From the NCBI GenBank assembly GCA_965261965.1, contig OZ253489.1, positions 2,459,618 to 2,523,617 on the forward strand: 64,000 bases of DNA, given 5' to 3'. Position numbers and translations under genes: made by a program. The notes under the pieces were generated by a model. The model saw only the letters and a list, made by a program, of their open reading frames with translations. It ran no database searches and had not been told where the DNA came from. Position 1 is the first letter of the stretch; each line of letters begins with the position of its first letter. Shown in pieces: positions 37,902-47,037 of this stretch. This DNA comes from Dehalococcoidia bacterium (lineage in GTDB: Bacteria > Chloroflexota > Dehalococcoidia > Lucifugimonadales > JAGWBF01).

Positions 37902-40032
37902 TTAGCGCCCCGCGCCGACCGGCTCCGTCTCCTGTTCCAGTGCCCACTCGAACATCGAAAGGGTGGCAGGCTGCGGCTTGCGGCCCCGGCCCTTGGGCTT
38001 GACCGGCTCGGCCATGAACTCCGCCCAGGAGAACAGCGACTGCTGCGGCTCCGGGTCCTCGTCGCGGTGGCCGTTCCCGTTGACCGGGGCAGGCGCATGG
38101 CTGTTGCCGTTGACGTGGTGGCCGTTGGTCAGCACTAGCTCGACCGTCGGCCCAATGCTGCCTGCGTGGTGACTGTTGCCGTTGACCGCGACGGCCTCCG
38201 GCTCTACCTCGACCGCCTTCCAGCCGTCATCCACGAGGTACTCCTCCGAAGCGGCCTCGGCGTCCCTGGCCTGGGCGAAGACCGACTCCACCGTCTCCGC
38301 CTCGTCTTCCTCCTCGTCGCCACTGACGATCCTGCGGGCCAGCGCCATCATCAGGTCGTCGCCGTCGTCGCCGTAGGCCGCCAGGCCGTCCTCCGGCAGT
38401 TCGCCCTCCACCGCCAGCGAGCTTTGCAGCTTCTTCGCCACCAGCTTGAGGGCGTCGGCCTGGAGGGTGTTCCGGTAGGACATGAACACCACCTTCACCG
38501 GGCGGGTCTGCCCGATGCGCCACGAGCGGCGGGACGCCTGCCGCATCACGTATACCGAGTAGTCGGTCTCGTACCAGCAGATGGTGGGGAAGTCGATGAG
38601 GTCGAGGCCGGTCTGCACCAACCTGGGGTGGCAGATGAGCACGTCGATGCCCTGCTTGACCTTATCCGCCACCCACGCCTCCCGGCGGTCCGGGGCCACG
38701 GCGTCGGCCTTCATCACCGCCACCCTGAACCCGTGCCGGGTGAGCATGTCGTCCATCCGCTCGGTGATGTCCCGCGTCCCGGTGTGGGTGGCGTAGACCA
38801 GCACCCGGCGGCCCTCCATGCGCTCGGCGGCCACGAGGTCGATGAGGGCCTTCTCCTTGGGATAGAGCTTGTCCTCATGCAGAGGAGGAACCTGGACTAT
38901 GACGTTGCCGCTCCGAGGGTCGAACACCGTCTCTCCCTTCGTGCACCCGTCAGGGTAGGCCAGCAGGGTTTGCAGGTAGGTCGCCAGCAGCCGCTTGGAA
39001 CCCTTCTTCAGGGCCTCGGCCAGCTCCCTCCGCAGCTCCTCGAACACGGTGTTGTAGGCGCTGCGCTGGGAGAACCCCGTCCCGTCCTCATCCGAGTCCA
39101 TCGAGGACAGCATTACCTGCTCCTCGTAAGGGGGCAGCCCGGAGGCCACGTCGGACAGGCGAAGGAAGACGGTGTTACCGATGAGGTGGAACAGCGCCGA
39201 GGGCACGAGGCCGGGCCGCTCCTTGACCACCTTGCGGTACTTCTTCCTGCGGCTGTACCTGCCATCCTCCGTCGAGTCGTCGTCGGGCTTGCCGACGGTG
39301 TGCTCCTCAAAGCCGTACCGCTGTATCCAGCGGCGCTCCTCCGACCGCCCGAACTCCGTCCTGATCTCCGGGCTGAACCTGTAGAGCAGGTGGAAGATGG
39401 TCGAGGAGTAGCCGCCAAGGAGGGTTCCCGTCAGGCTGAGGGACTTGCCGCAGACGTCGGCGAGGACGCCGGCGGCGATGCCCTGGGCCGAGCCGCGCCC
39501 CTTGTACTCGTGGATCTCGTCACCGACCAGCAGGTCGAAGAATCCCTTCATGTGGTGCTTCACGTAGTCGGCGAGGGGGTAGCGGGCGGGACCGGACCTG
39601 TCGGCCTGCCAGAGGGGAGCGCCGCAGTCGGGGCAGGTGTGCTTCCTGCGGTTCAGGTCCTCGTCGGTGAGGGGAACGCCGTCTTTGTCCACGATTTGCG
39701 CGGTGCAGGCGGGGCAGCAGGGGACCCGGAAGGGCTCCCCCGTCTCCTCGTCCCTCACCAGCCTGCCCTTGGACACGGCCCACCGCTCGATGACGGCGGG
39801 AATCCAGCGGTAGGACAGCTTGGCCTTCTCACGGCTCATCACCGCGAAGAGGGGGCCGGAGCCGACGGAGAAGCGCAGCCGCTCCAGGTCGGTGATGGAG
39901 CCGACGATGGCGGCGCGGGCGCCGGGCACCGTCTGCTCCACCTCCCGCTTCCACTTCTTGGTCAGGTGCGGCGGGCAGAGGATGAGAATCCTCTCGAAGC
40001 CCGCCATGTGCGCTGCTGCGGCGGCGAGTAAG
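37902..40032 (-). CDS. SNF2/DEAD-like helicase, exon 2 (3' of the group II intron)
   Basis: Motif II is VGDEIHEYKG, the zinc ribbon is CPAC...CPDC, and helicase-C motif VI is RQASRRSWRIGQ. The frame stays open upstream of the ORF-track Met (..LLAAAAAHMAGFERILILCPP) up to the intron 3' end. Confidence 0.8.
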
Positions 40033-40090
40033 GTAGGCCGCCGGCGAGTTACCCCGCGTTAGCGGGGCACTTTTCCGTCGGCCCCCTTCC

Positions 40091-40124
40091 GAACCGGACG
40101 TGCGGCTTTCACCGCATCCGGCTC
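40091..40124 (-). ncRNA. group II intron domain V
   Basis: The minus strand reads GAGCCGGAUGCGGUGAAAGCCGCACGUCCGGUUC: 34 nt with the AGC triad, a 2-nt bulge and a GAAA tetraloop. Confidence 0.85.
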
Positions 40125-40149
40125 TCCAGTGTCATTGTGGGTAGTGTCA

Positions 40150-40183
40150 GTAAAAGCAAGTACCGCGCCGGGTGGCGCGGTAC
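40150..40183 (-). terminator. intrinsic terminator after the intron-borne lipoprotein gene
   Basis: The minus strand reads GTACCGCGCC-ACCC-GGCGCGGTAC (10-bp perfect stem) followed by TTGCTTTTAC. It lies 26 nt after the stop at 40209. Confidence 0.5.
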
Positions 40184-40208
40184 GTTGTGGTTATGGGTCG
40201 TTAGGCAG

Positions 40209-40802
40209 CTAGGAACAACTGAGGACTTCCAGCACGGCGTCGTCAAACGCCTCAATCGCCCTGCCGAGTGTTGTGTAAGCTTCCTGCATCTCCGGGCCTT
40301 TGCGGTACTCGTTCCAAGCCTCTTCGTCCTCATACGACAGAGAACGATGTTCCTTTGCGAACCTCACTATCAGTTGGTCCAGCGCCACACTGGCCTCTAA
40401 GGAATCTCGAAGTTCCGCCGGGGGCTCGTTATTCTCAAGGAAGTCGATGACCTTCTGCACCCGGTCTGCCTTCTCGCCCCAGGTGGCTACCTCCTGTTCG
40501 GCGGCAACGAGAGCGCAAGCTGCCTCCATGTACTCCCGCGTCTCTCTGCTGATCCCTGTGCTCTCACCGACCTCCGCAGCCTCCGTAGGTTCGGGCGTCG
40601 GAGTGGACGCCGGGGGCGATGTTGCGGTTGAGGGGCTGCCAGTTGTGGCACCAGGGGTGCTGGTGCTGGACGAGCCGCCACAGGCGGTCAGGGCCAGGGT
40701 TAGCGCAGCCAAGCCAAGCAGCAGGACGAGGATGGGCCATTGACGGCCCTGGGCCTGCTGCGGGGAGCGTTGCCTATTCGTATGCTCAAATTCAGAAGTC
40801 AT
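40209..40802 (-). CDS. putative lipoprotein encoded inside the group II intron
   Basis: 197 aa with a signal peptide and lipobox (LALTLALTAC), a Ser/Thr/Pro linker and an alpha-helical acidic domain. GGGAGGA lies 7 nt before the ATG. It sits between the IEP stop and domain V. Confidence 0.65.
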   Translation of the reverse strand: MTSEFEHTNRQRSPQQAQGRQWPILVLLLGLAALTLALTACGGSSSTSTPGATTGSPSTATSPPASTPTPEPTEAAEVGESTGISRETREYMEAACALVAAEQEVATWGEKADRVQKVIDFLENNEPPAELRDSLEASVALDQLIVRFAKEHRSLSYEDEEAWNEYRKGPEMQEAYTTLGRAIEAFDDAVLEVLSCS

Positions 40803-40834
40803 GCGCCATCCTCCCTGTGCAGGGGTTAACTGGT

Positions 40835-40863
40835 ATTTTACCAGAGTACGGCGGAAATGTCAG
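40835..40863 (-). promoter_or_regulatory. sigma70-like promoter for the intron-borne lipoprotein
   Basis: The minus strand reads CTGACA - 17 nt - TAAAAT, with TGG just upstream of the -10 box. It ends ~32 nt upstream of the ATG at 40802. Confidence 0.45.
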
Positions 40864-40988
40864 TTACCAGAGCGTGAACTCTGGTGGGACTAACGGTATC
40901 CGTATCGTGACTATGTGCCTGCTGGGGAGAGCGTTGCTGGGGCCTCAGTCGTCTGAGTCGTGACACTACCTACTGTTGCTTGCGCGGA

Positions 40989-42797
40989 TTACTTGCGCCC
41001 GTGGTGGATGTCCATGTGACACGTCCGGCAGACCACGAGGGTCTTGCGCCGCCGCGCCGCCATGATTTGTACCCACCTGGGCTTTTCCCGTTGGCCTTTC
41101 ACGTTCAGGTCGCGAAGTGCGCGGATGTGGTGAACTTCTACGTCCACTGCCGACCCGCACATCTCGCACTCGTCCGCTTCGAGCCGTTTGATAAGCTCGT
41201 TGCGGCCGCTCCTGTACCGTTGGGGCTGTTGGTCTACGAGGACGGCCTGCCGTTGCCGTTTCAGGGGGATGCCACCGAAATATGCCACGCGAGGTGGCTT
41301 GCCGTTGTCCCGTTGCCTGACGACCTTGAGACAGACGCGCGGCCCGTGCTCGGTTTCCACGACGCTCTTGTACTGGCGTCGCATCTTCCGTGCGGTGGAC
41401 TTGTGCTTTGCCGCAAGGGTCCGTGTCAACGACATCTCCATGACCGATTGCAGTCGCCCGAAATGGGCGACGTTGGAGGCCAGGAGGTAGTAGTTGACGA
41501 CGCCCCGGAACTCCGACTGGTACTGTGCCACGATGGAGAAGTCTTCATCGTGGAGTAGGTAACTGCGGTGTGCCGGTTTGCCTTTGCGCATGTAGGCTTG
41601 GCAGTGTTGTTCGATGACGTTGGCGGGGACCCGCAATCCGATTTGGCCGTTGACCCTGCGCCGACCATTGCGGTCAAACTGGTCGTTGGCCTGTTGGTTC
41701 ACGAGTTCGTAGCCGAGGAACCGCGCCGCCTGGCTGGTGGCGTGGGTTATGAGAGTTTTCTCCTTGGATAGCTCCAGCTTGAGTGTGTCGCGCAGGAACG
41801 TCTCCAAGGACTCTTTCACCTGTTGGGCTTCGACCTTTGGCCCGATGAAACCCAGCACGAAGTCGTCCGCGTAGCGCACGTACCGTAACCGGCGGTAGCC
41901 GGGGTCGTAGGGGTCACGTGATGGCAGTTGTTGCATTTGCTTGCGCAGTTGCAGTGCCTCGGCGTGGTTCCCCCGCTTCCTCTGGCGGGCCGCTTGGTTC
42001 AGCAACCGTGTGTACTCGCGGTTGTCTCTCCGCTCTGTGCCTCGGGTGTGGGCTGGTATCAGCACGTTCTCGACAAACTTGTCCAACCGGTCTAGGTAGA
42101 TGTTGGCGAGGAGAGGGCTGACGATGCCGCCTTGCGGTGTCCCGCTCAGCGTGCGACCGTATTGCCAATCCTCAACGTAGCCTGCTTTCAGTAGGTACTT
42201 GAGCAGGCGTAGGAATCGGTTGTCGTGGAGTTTCTCGCCGAGCACCGACAACATGACCTCGTGGTCGATGTTGTCGAAGCACCCTTTGATGTCGCCCTCG
42301 ACGAACCAGCGGACACCAGACCAGTAGTCCACCACGTTGCTCAAGGCGGTGTGGCAACCCCGGTCGGGCCGAAAGCCGTGGGAGCGGTCGGAAAACTGCG
42401 GCTCGTAGTAGGCTTCCAGAATCATCCGGATGACCTCTTGCAACAGCTTGTCCGGCCCAGTTGGTATGCCCAAGGCGCGGGTCGTGCCGTTAGGCTTGGG
42501 AATGTTGACCCGTCGCACCGGCGTCCACCGGAACCGCTCGTAGCGCAAGGCTTCGATGATGCGGTCGATTTTCGCCAGTGACATACCATCCATGGTCTCT
42601 GCGGTGACGCCTTTGGTCGTAGCCCCCTGGTTTGAGTAGATACGACCGTAGGCCCGCAGGTAAAGGTTCCGGTTGTACAGCAGCCGATAGATGTTCTCCA
42701 GCGGCAATCCTCGTTCTCCGCGTTCGCGTATGACGTTCAGTACAGTTTCGGCGTTTTGCATTCTGCATACCTCTCTGTGTTTGTTCGTCGTTGACAC
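40989..42797 (-). CDS. group II intron reverse transcriptase/maturase with HNH endonuclease domain
   Basis: 602 aa. RT blocks include RRVNIPKPNGTTRALGIPTGPDKLLQEV, HGFRPDRGCHTAL and YVRYADDFVLGF. Maturase X is present. The C-terminal HNH is CEMCGS...HHI...CRTCHMDIHHG. Confidence 0.95.
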   Translation of the reverse strand: MSTTNKHREVCRMQNAETVLNVIRERGERGLPLENIYRLLYNRNLYLRAYGRIYSNQGATTKGVTAETMDGMSLAKIDRIIEALRYERFRWTPVRRVNIPKPNGTTRALGIPTGPDKLLQEVIRMILEAYYEPQFSDRSHGFRPDRGCHTALSNVVDYWSGVRWFVEGDIKGCFDNIDHEVMLSVLGEKLHDNRFLRLLKYLLKAGYVEDWQYGRTLSGTPQGGIVSPLLANIYLDRLDKFVENVLIPAHTRGTERRDNREYTRLLNQAARQRKRGNHAEALQLRKQMQQLPSRDPYDPGYRRLRYVRYADDFVLGFIGPKVEAQQVKESLETFLRDTLKLELSKEKTLITHATSQAARFLGYELVNQQANDQFDRNGRRRVNGQIGLRVPANVIEQHCQAYMRKGKPAHRSYLLHDEDFSIVAQYQSEFRGVVNYYLLASNVAHFGRLQSVMEMSLTRTLAAKHKSTARKMRRQYKSVVETEHGPRVCLKVVRQRDNGKPPRVAYFGGIPLKRQRQAVLVDQQPQRYRSGRNELIKRLEADECEMCGSAVDVEVHHIRALRDLNVKGQREKPRWVQIMAARRRKTLVVCRTCHMDIHHGRK

Positions 42798-43271
42798 CTG
42801 TCCTCCTTCGCCATGTGCCGGGCTTTCCCCGGCTCGGACTACTATGAGGACTCCGTGACCATAGGGGTCTCCCCCCGTAGGCCATCCCGCGTTCCGTTGA
42901 CATAGGACGTTCTAGCGCGACTGTAGGTGCCCCGTTCGTTCCCTTGAATTGACCGCATCGGTCATCGTCCACTCATCGGAGTTGCATTGGTACCTTCATC
43001 GTACCGAGGCAATGAGTGGCGCCGGGTTACAAGCGTTCTACCGGCGGGTGGCAAGAACACCAACTGGGAACTGGGGTTCAGGCAGTCTAGCTTTCACCGT
43101 ATCGCGCGGGCCTTGCGGAACCAGTCCTACAACGCTTTGGGACTGTAGCCGCTTTACCGACATGCTGTTGTCCCCCTAGGCTTTCGCTTCGAGGTAGGTC
43201 GGTTGGCCCAAGAACTTTCTCCGAGTTCTTCCTAGCTGAGCTAGGTATCCTATGCCGCGTAACGCGGCGCA

Positions 43272-43498
43272 CTGAAGGTCTTGCCGGTGCCCATCTCGCC
43301 AACGACGGTGGTGCCCCGGTGGGCTTCGAGGGAGAGGGCCGCGCCCCGTATGGCGTCCTCCTGCGCCCCCAAGGGCTTGCGGAGCAGGCGGGGGAGCTTG
43401 TGGCCGTTCTCCGAGGGCCGGTAGAGGGGCGGGTAGGACTCCACCACCCGCCGGGCGATGGCCTCCTTGAACGTGTCGATGAATCCTCCGAGGTTCAT
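43272..43498 (-). CDS. SNF2/DEAD-like helicase, exon 1
   Basis: It encodes MNLGGFIDTF...TTVVGEMGTGKTF (Walker A). AAGGAG lies before the ATG. The ORF-track tail SAPRYAA* is read-through into the intron. Confidence 0.8.
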
Positions 43499-43543
43499 GT
43501 CTTTCTCCTTTTATTAGAGTGTGCTTGGGGTTGGGCGATAGGC

Positions 43544-43580
43544 GAGGCCCCGCGGTCCCTCATGGGAACAACGGGGCCTC
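43544..43580 (-). repeat. intergenic GC hairpin, family member 1
   Basis: GAGGCCCCG - 19 nt - CGGGGCCTC, read directly. A second small hairpin, CGGCTCA-GGC-TGAGCCG, follows. Confidence 0.6.
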
Positions 43581-43605
43581 GTGGATGCGGCTCAGGCTGA
43601 GCCGT

Positions 43606-43800
43606 CTATGCGGCGTTGGGGAGGCGCTCCCGCCGCTTCACGTCGTCGTAGCAGCGGCCCCGGAGGTGGTAGGACTTCACCGGGGAGGAGACCGCCCTGC
43701 CGCCGATGATGTCCACCGATGCGGTCTGCATGGCGGGTTCGCCGGGGGCGATGGGCTGCCCGCACCGGGCGCAGGCTTCGAGGGTCATGGTCGTCTGCAT
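43606..43800 (-). CDS. small hypothetical protein (CxxC)
   Basis: 64 aa (LEACARCGQPI...). It is flanked on both sides by family hairpins in the operon. Confidence 0.4.
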   Translation of the reverse strand: MQTTMTLEACARCGQPIAPGEPAMQTASVDIIGGRAVSSPVKSYHLRGRCYDDVKRRERLPNAA

Positions 43801-43853
43801 CTTTGTTGCCTCTCTTTCCTTAGTGAGGGTGTTGCGTTCGGTCGAGACGAAGC

Positions 43854-43894
43854 GAGGCCCCGCCGGTTCCCGATAGGGGGAATGACGGGGCCTC
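43854..43894 (-). repeat. intergenic GC hairpin, family member 2
   Basis: GAGGCCCCG - 23 nt (loop contains CCCGATAGGGGG) - CGGGGCCTC. Confidence 0.6.
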
Positions 43895-43923
43895 GTGATG
43901 CGGCCCGGAGTGAGCCGTCTGAG

Positions 43924-44964
43924 CTAAGCGGCGATGTCGGTGATCTCGCCGCCGTCCAAGTCCAGGGCGACCACGGTGGTCTTCAGCCGCTCCCGGTGGA
44001 CCTCCTTCTCCGGGGCGTCCTCCACCATGACCATCTCCTTCGAGGTCCGGCCCTTGACCAGGATGCGCCGCCCCTCCGCCTCCAGCACCAGGTTGTCAAG
44101 GAAACCCGCCGCCACCAGCATCGCCATGTGGCCCCGGCGCAGGGGCATCAGCGGGCGGGTGCGCAGGTCCTTGGTGGGCCAGAGGGTGTCGGTTATTGCC
44201 GTGCTGGTCCACAGCCCCGAACGCCGCGCCTCCGCAGCCGCAGCCACCGGATCGACGGTGCGGGTGGTGAACAGGATGTCCCCGTTCGGCATGGTCTTCG
44301 GGGTGAACGGAGGGTATGGGTCGGGGCGCATCGGCTCCGGCTCCCCCACCGCCCACTCCAATACCTGCCCCTCGGCATGGGCGTCGAGAACGGGGTCGGC
44401 CTTCCTGTAGCCCATCAACACCACCTGGTCGAAGACCTCCCGCTCAGGGTGCGGGAACGCCCAGCACCGCATCCGCCCGTAGTGGGTGGAGAGGTAGCGG
44501 GCCGAGACCGCGAGGCGCTGCCTGGGGACGATGAACGCCAGCAGGCCGCCCTCGGCCAGGTATCGGGTCGTCTGTGTCAGGAAGGCGTGCTCCGTCCGCT
44601 TGTCTTCCGAGTCGTGATCATACGGCGGATTCAAAAGGAGCAGCCCGAAGGCCCCGTTCGCTACGGAGGTGGCGAACAGGTCGGAGGCCAGGGCGCGGCC
44701 AAGCCGCTTCTCCGCCTCCTCCGCCCGGTCCCGGTGCAGCTCGACGCCGTAGGTCTCGATGGGGATGGCGTTGGGCGTGTCCATGCGCTCGGCCAGCTGC
44801 GCCAGCGCCTCCCCCGCCCCGCAGCAGGGGTCGAGGATGCGGAGCGTCTCCCGGTTCCCGTGGTAGCCGTAGCCGGTGGGGGTGTGAATCAGCTCCGCGA
44901 GCAGGTCAACGACCCGCTCCGGCGTGGGGTAAAACCCGCCTTTCGCCTGCGCTGCAAGTCTCAT
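43924..44964 (-). CDS. SAM-dependent DNA methyltransferase (NPPY type, N6-A or N4-C)
   Basis: 346 aa. Motif I is ILDPCCGAGEAL and motif IV is LLLNPPYD. It lies next to the SNF2-like helicase, as in many ICE and plasmid loci. Confidence 0.8.
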   Translation of the reverse strand: MRLAAQAKGGFYPTPERVVDLLAELIHTPTGYGYHGNRETLRILDPCCGAGEALAQLAERMDTPNAIPIETYGVELHRDRAEEAEKRLGRALASDLFATSVANGAFGLLLLNPPYDHDSEDKRTEHAFLTQTTRYLAEGGLLAFIVPRQRLAVSARYLSTHYGRMRCWAFPHPEREVFDQVVLMGYRKADPVLDAHAEGQVLEWAVGEPEPMRPDPYPPFTPKTMPNGDILFTTRTVDPVAAAAEARRSGLWTSTAITDTLWPTKDLRTRPLMPLRRGHMAMLVAAGFLDNLVLEAEGRRILVKGRTSKEMVMVEDAPEKEVHRERLKTTVVALDLDGGEITDIAA

Positions 44965-44997
44965 GTCAGTTCTCCTTTCTGAATTCTGAATGTCGGT

Positions 44998-45231
44998 CTA
45001 GGTGGAAGGTCCGAAGTTGCAGGGGTCGGGCTTGCAGAAGTAGCAGTCCCTCCTCGCCCTGGGGGGCGGCACGTAGTCCTCGGCGGACACCGCCTGGAAG
45101 ATCACCTGGATGCCGCACGAGCCGCAGTGGTAGATCTCCCCGATGTGGATGTCCTTGTCAGGCTCCTCGACCTGCGCGAACCGCTCGTCGCAGTGGGGGC
45201 AGGTGAAGAACAGCGTCTGTTCCGTTGGCAT
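44998..45231 (-). CDS. small zinc-ribbon protein
   Basis: 77 aa with CPHC...CGSC and a further C-terminal Cys pair. Confidence 0.5.
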   Translation of the reverse strand: MPTEQTLFFTCPHCDERFAQVEEPDKDIHIGEIYHCGSCGIQVIFQAVSAEDYVPPPRARRDCYFCKPDPCNFGPST

Positions 45232-45264
45232 GGTCTCCTCTCCTTTCCTGGGTCTTGCGCCGCG

Positions 45265-45672
45265 TCAGACGGCGATTGCCAAGTCTCTGTGGCCGGTCTG
45301 CACCCCTATCACCTCTCCTACGCCCACGTTCCGCTGGTAGCAGAGCACTTGGTGCGTCTGCATGGCCTCGGCGCACGCCGTGCAGAAGGCGGTGACGAGC
45401 TCGGCGTGGTTGGCGACCACCATCCGCCTGACCAGGACGTAGCTGCCCTGGGGCAGGGTGTGGCGGTAGAGCATGACCGAGGGGTCCCGCCGTTCCGCTT
45501 CCGTCGCGGGCCGGTAGAAATGGGGCTGCCCCGAGCTGACCAGGTGCGCCGCGCCATCGTGTTTGCAGTAGCGGCAGGTCGTCCCGTCCGGCGAGAAGCG
45601 CCGCCAGGCGCCCCCGTTCCGGTTCTGCCTGCGCTTGTTCTTCCGCGTTGCCTTCTTCAGCATCCTATCCAT
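45265..45672 (-). CDS. hypothetical protein (basic N-terminus, Cys pairs)
   Basis: 135 aa with protein-like composition. It overlaps the upstream gene end by 8 nt. Confidence 0.45.
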   Translation of the reverse strand: MDRMLKKATRKNKRRQNRNGGAWRRFSPDGTTCRYCKHDGAAHLVSSGQPHFYRPATEAERRDPSVMLYRHTLPQGSYVLVRRMVVANHAELVTAFCTACAEAMQTHQVLCYQRNVGVGEVIGVQTGHRDLAIAV

Positions 45673-46321
45673 CTCTGGCCTCCTTCTCCCGGGGCAGCGT
45701 CAGCCGGCCCGACGCCACGGCGTCGGACAGGTCTTCGCGCAGCTTCTTGGCCTTGGGGGAGCACCGGTAGGCGGAGACGCCCACCGACTGGAGGGGGACT
45801 ACCTCCTCCTGTTCCAGCCCCCGCTCCCAGAGCCATCCGGCCCAGGAGCCATGCAGGGGCAACGGGCTGCGCTTGTCCAGGAAGCGATGGTGCAGGCCGG
45901 GAGGTTCTTCATCGCTGGGGCCCAGCAGCAGGAAGTTGTCCTTCTCGAAGCCGAACTCGGCTGTCTTGGTGTACACCAGGGCGTGCCAGCCGCCCGAGAC
46001 GGGCAGGCGGGCGATCTTGGTCGTCCACGTTCCCACCGTCTCGTAGGGAACCACGCACCGCTGATACCCGCCTGAGAGAGCCATGCCGTCCGCGCCTTTG
46101 ATGATGTGGGCGACGTCCGGGGGCTGCTTGAGGAGCGACGCCCAGATCGCCTTGAGCGCGGTCTGGGAGCCGACCATCGAGACGAACCAGAGGCCGTCGG
46201 TCGCCTCGTCGTGGGCGAAGGCGTCGGCGGTGGCCGAGAAGCCGCCCGCGCTTATGGTGTAGAGAGCCTGCCCCGCACCGGATGCGGGGTCTTCAGGGTC
46301 GATGATGTGGGTTGCGAGCAT
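45665..46321 (-). CDS. hypothetical protein
   Basis: 218 aa with balanced composition. The competing + strand ORF 45127..46101 is Arg/Pro/Gly-rich. Confidence 0.5.
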   Translation of the reverse strand: MLATHIIDPEDPASGAGQALYTISAGGFSATADAFAHDEATDGLWFVSMVGSQTALKAIWASLLKQPPDVAHIIKGADGMALSGGYQRCVVPYETVGTWTTKIARLPVSGGWHALVYTKTAEFGFEKDNFLLLGPSDEEPPGLHHRFLDKRSPLPLHGSWAGWLWERGLEQEEVVPLQSVGVSAYRCSPKAKKLREDLSDAVASGRLTLPREKEARDG

Positions 46322-46416
46322 GGAAAATCTCCTTCCTTATGTGTATTGTGTGAGTGCGCGGAGGCGTGGAGTCCCCTGCGTTAGGCCGGACGGCATGGGC
46401 CGCCGGTCGTGGGCGG

Positions 46417-46923
46417 TCAGGACATGAGGCCCCGCTCCTTGAGGCTGACGAATTTCTCGCCGCCGATGACCACGTGGTCAAGCAGTTCGATGCCCAGGAG
46501 CTTGCCCGCCTGGACCAGCTCGCGAGTGATGACCGCGTCCTCCGGGCTGGGCGTGGGGTCGCCGGAGGGGTGGTTGTGGCTGATGATGATGCTGGGGACG
46601 GCCTCGATGACGGCGGGGCGCAGCACCTCGGCGGGCCTAACCATCGACGAATTGACGTTGCCTTGGTAGACGACCCGCTGGCCGACGACCTTGTTCCTGG
46701 TGTTGAGGAGCAGCACCCGGAGCTGCTCCTGGGCGAGCGGGGCCATCTCGGGTCCGAGCAGCCGCCGAACGTCTTCTGGACAGTTGATGGCGGGCAGGTC
46801 CTCCAGGAGTTCCGGCCTGGTCGCCACGTCGTAGCGCACCGCCAGCTCTCCCAGCAGGTTCATGTTGGCGCGCAGCGCCTCCAGCAGAACGGAATCCTTG
46901 ATTGGGGTCTTCTTCCTGGTCAT
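46417..46923 (-). CDS. radC: RadC-like JAB/MPN domain protein
   Basis: 168 aa. The JAMM motif is IIISHNHPSGDPTPSPED, followed by GIELLDHVVIG. Confidence 0.9.
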   Translation of the reverse strand: MTRKKTPIKDSVLLEALRANMNLLGELAVRYDVATRPELLEDLPAINCPEDVRRLLGPEMAPLAQEQLRVLLLNTRNKVVGQRVVYQGNVNSSMVRPAEVLRPAVIEAVPSIIISHNHPSGDPTPSPEDAVITRELVQAGKLLGIELLDHVVIGGEKFVSLKERGLMS

Positions 46924-46955
46924 GTCGGCCTCCTTTGGTATCGGTGAAAACAGGA

Positions 46956-46990
46956 GCGGGGCCGCTCCCGATAGAGGGAAGCGGCCCCGT
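46956..46990 (-). repeat. intergenic GC hairpin, family member 3
   Basis: GCGGGGCCGCT - 13 nt (CCCGATAGAGGGA) - AGCGGCCCCGT. Confidence 0.6.
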
Positions 46991-47037
46991 GGTTGCGCCT
47001 TCGGAAAGGCGTCGCTATGCGGTCGTGGGTTGACTGG

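Larger units (their letters stand above)
40033..43271 (-). mobile_element. group II intron (~3.24 kb), boundaries +/- 2 nt
   Basis: The 5' GUGCG lies at 43271-43267 (minus). Canonical domain V is at 40091-40124. A DVI-like helix ending ..GGCCUAC reaches 40033. The RT/maturase/HNH ORF is inside. Confidence 0.85.
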
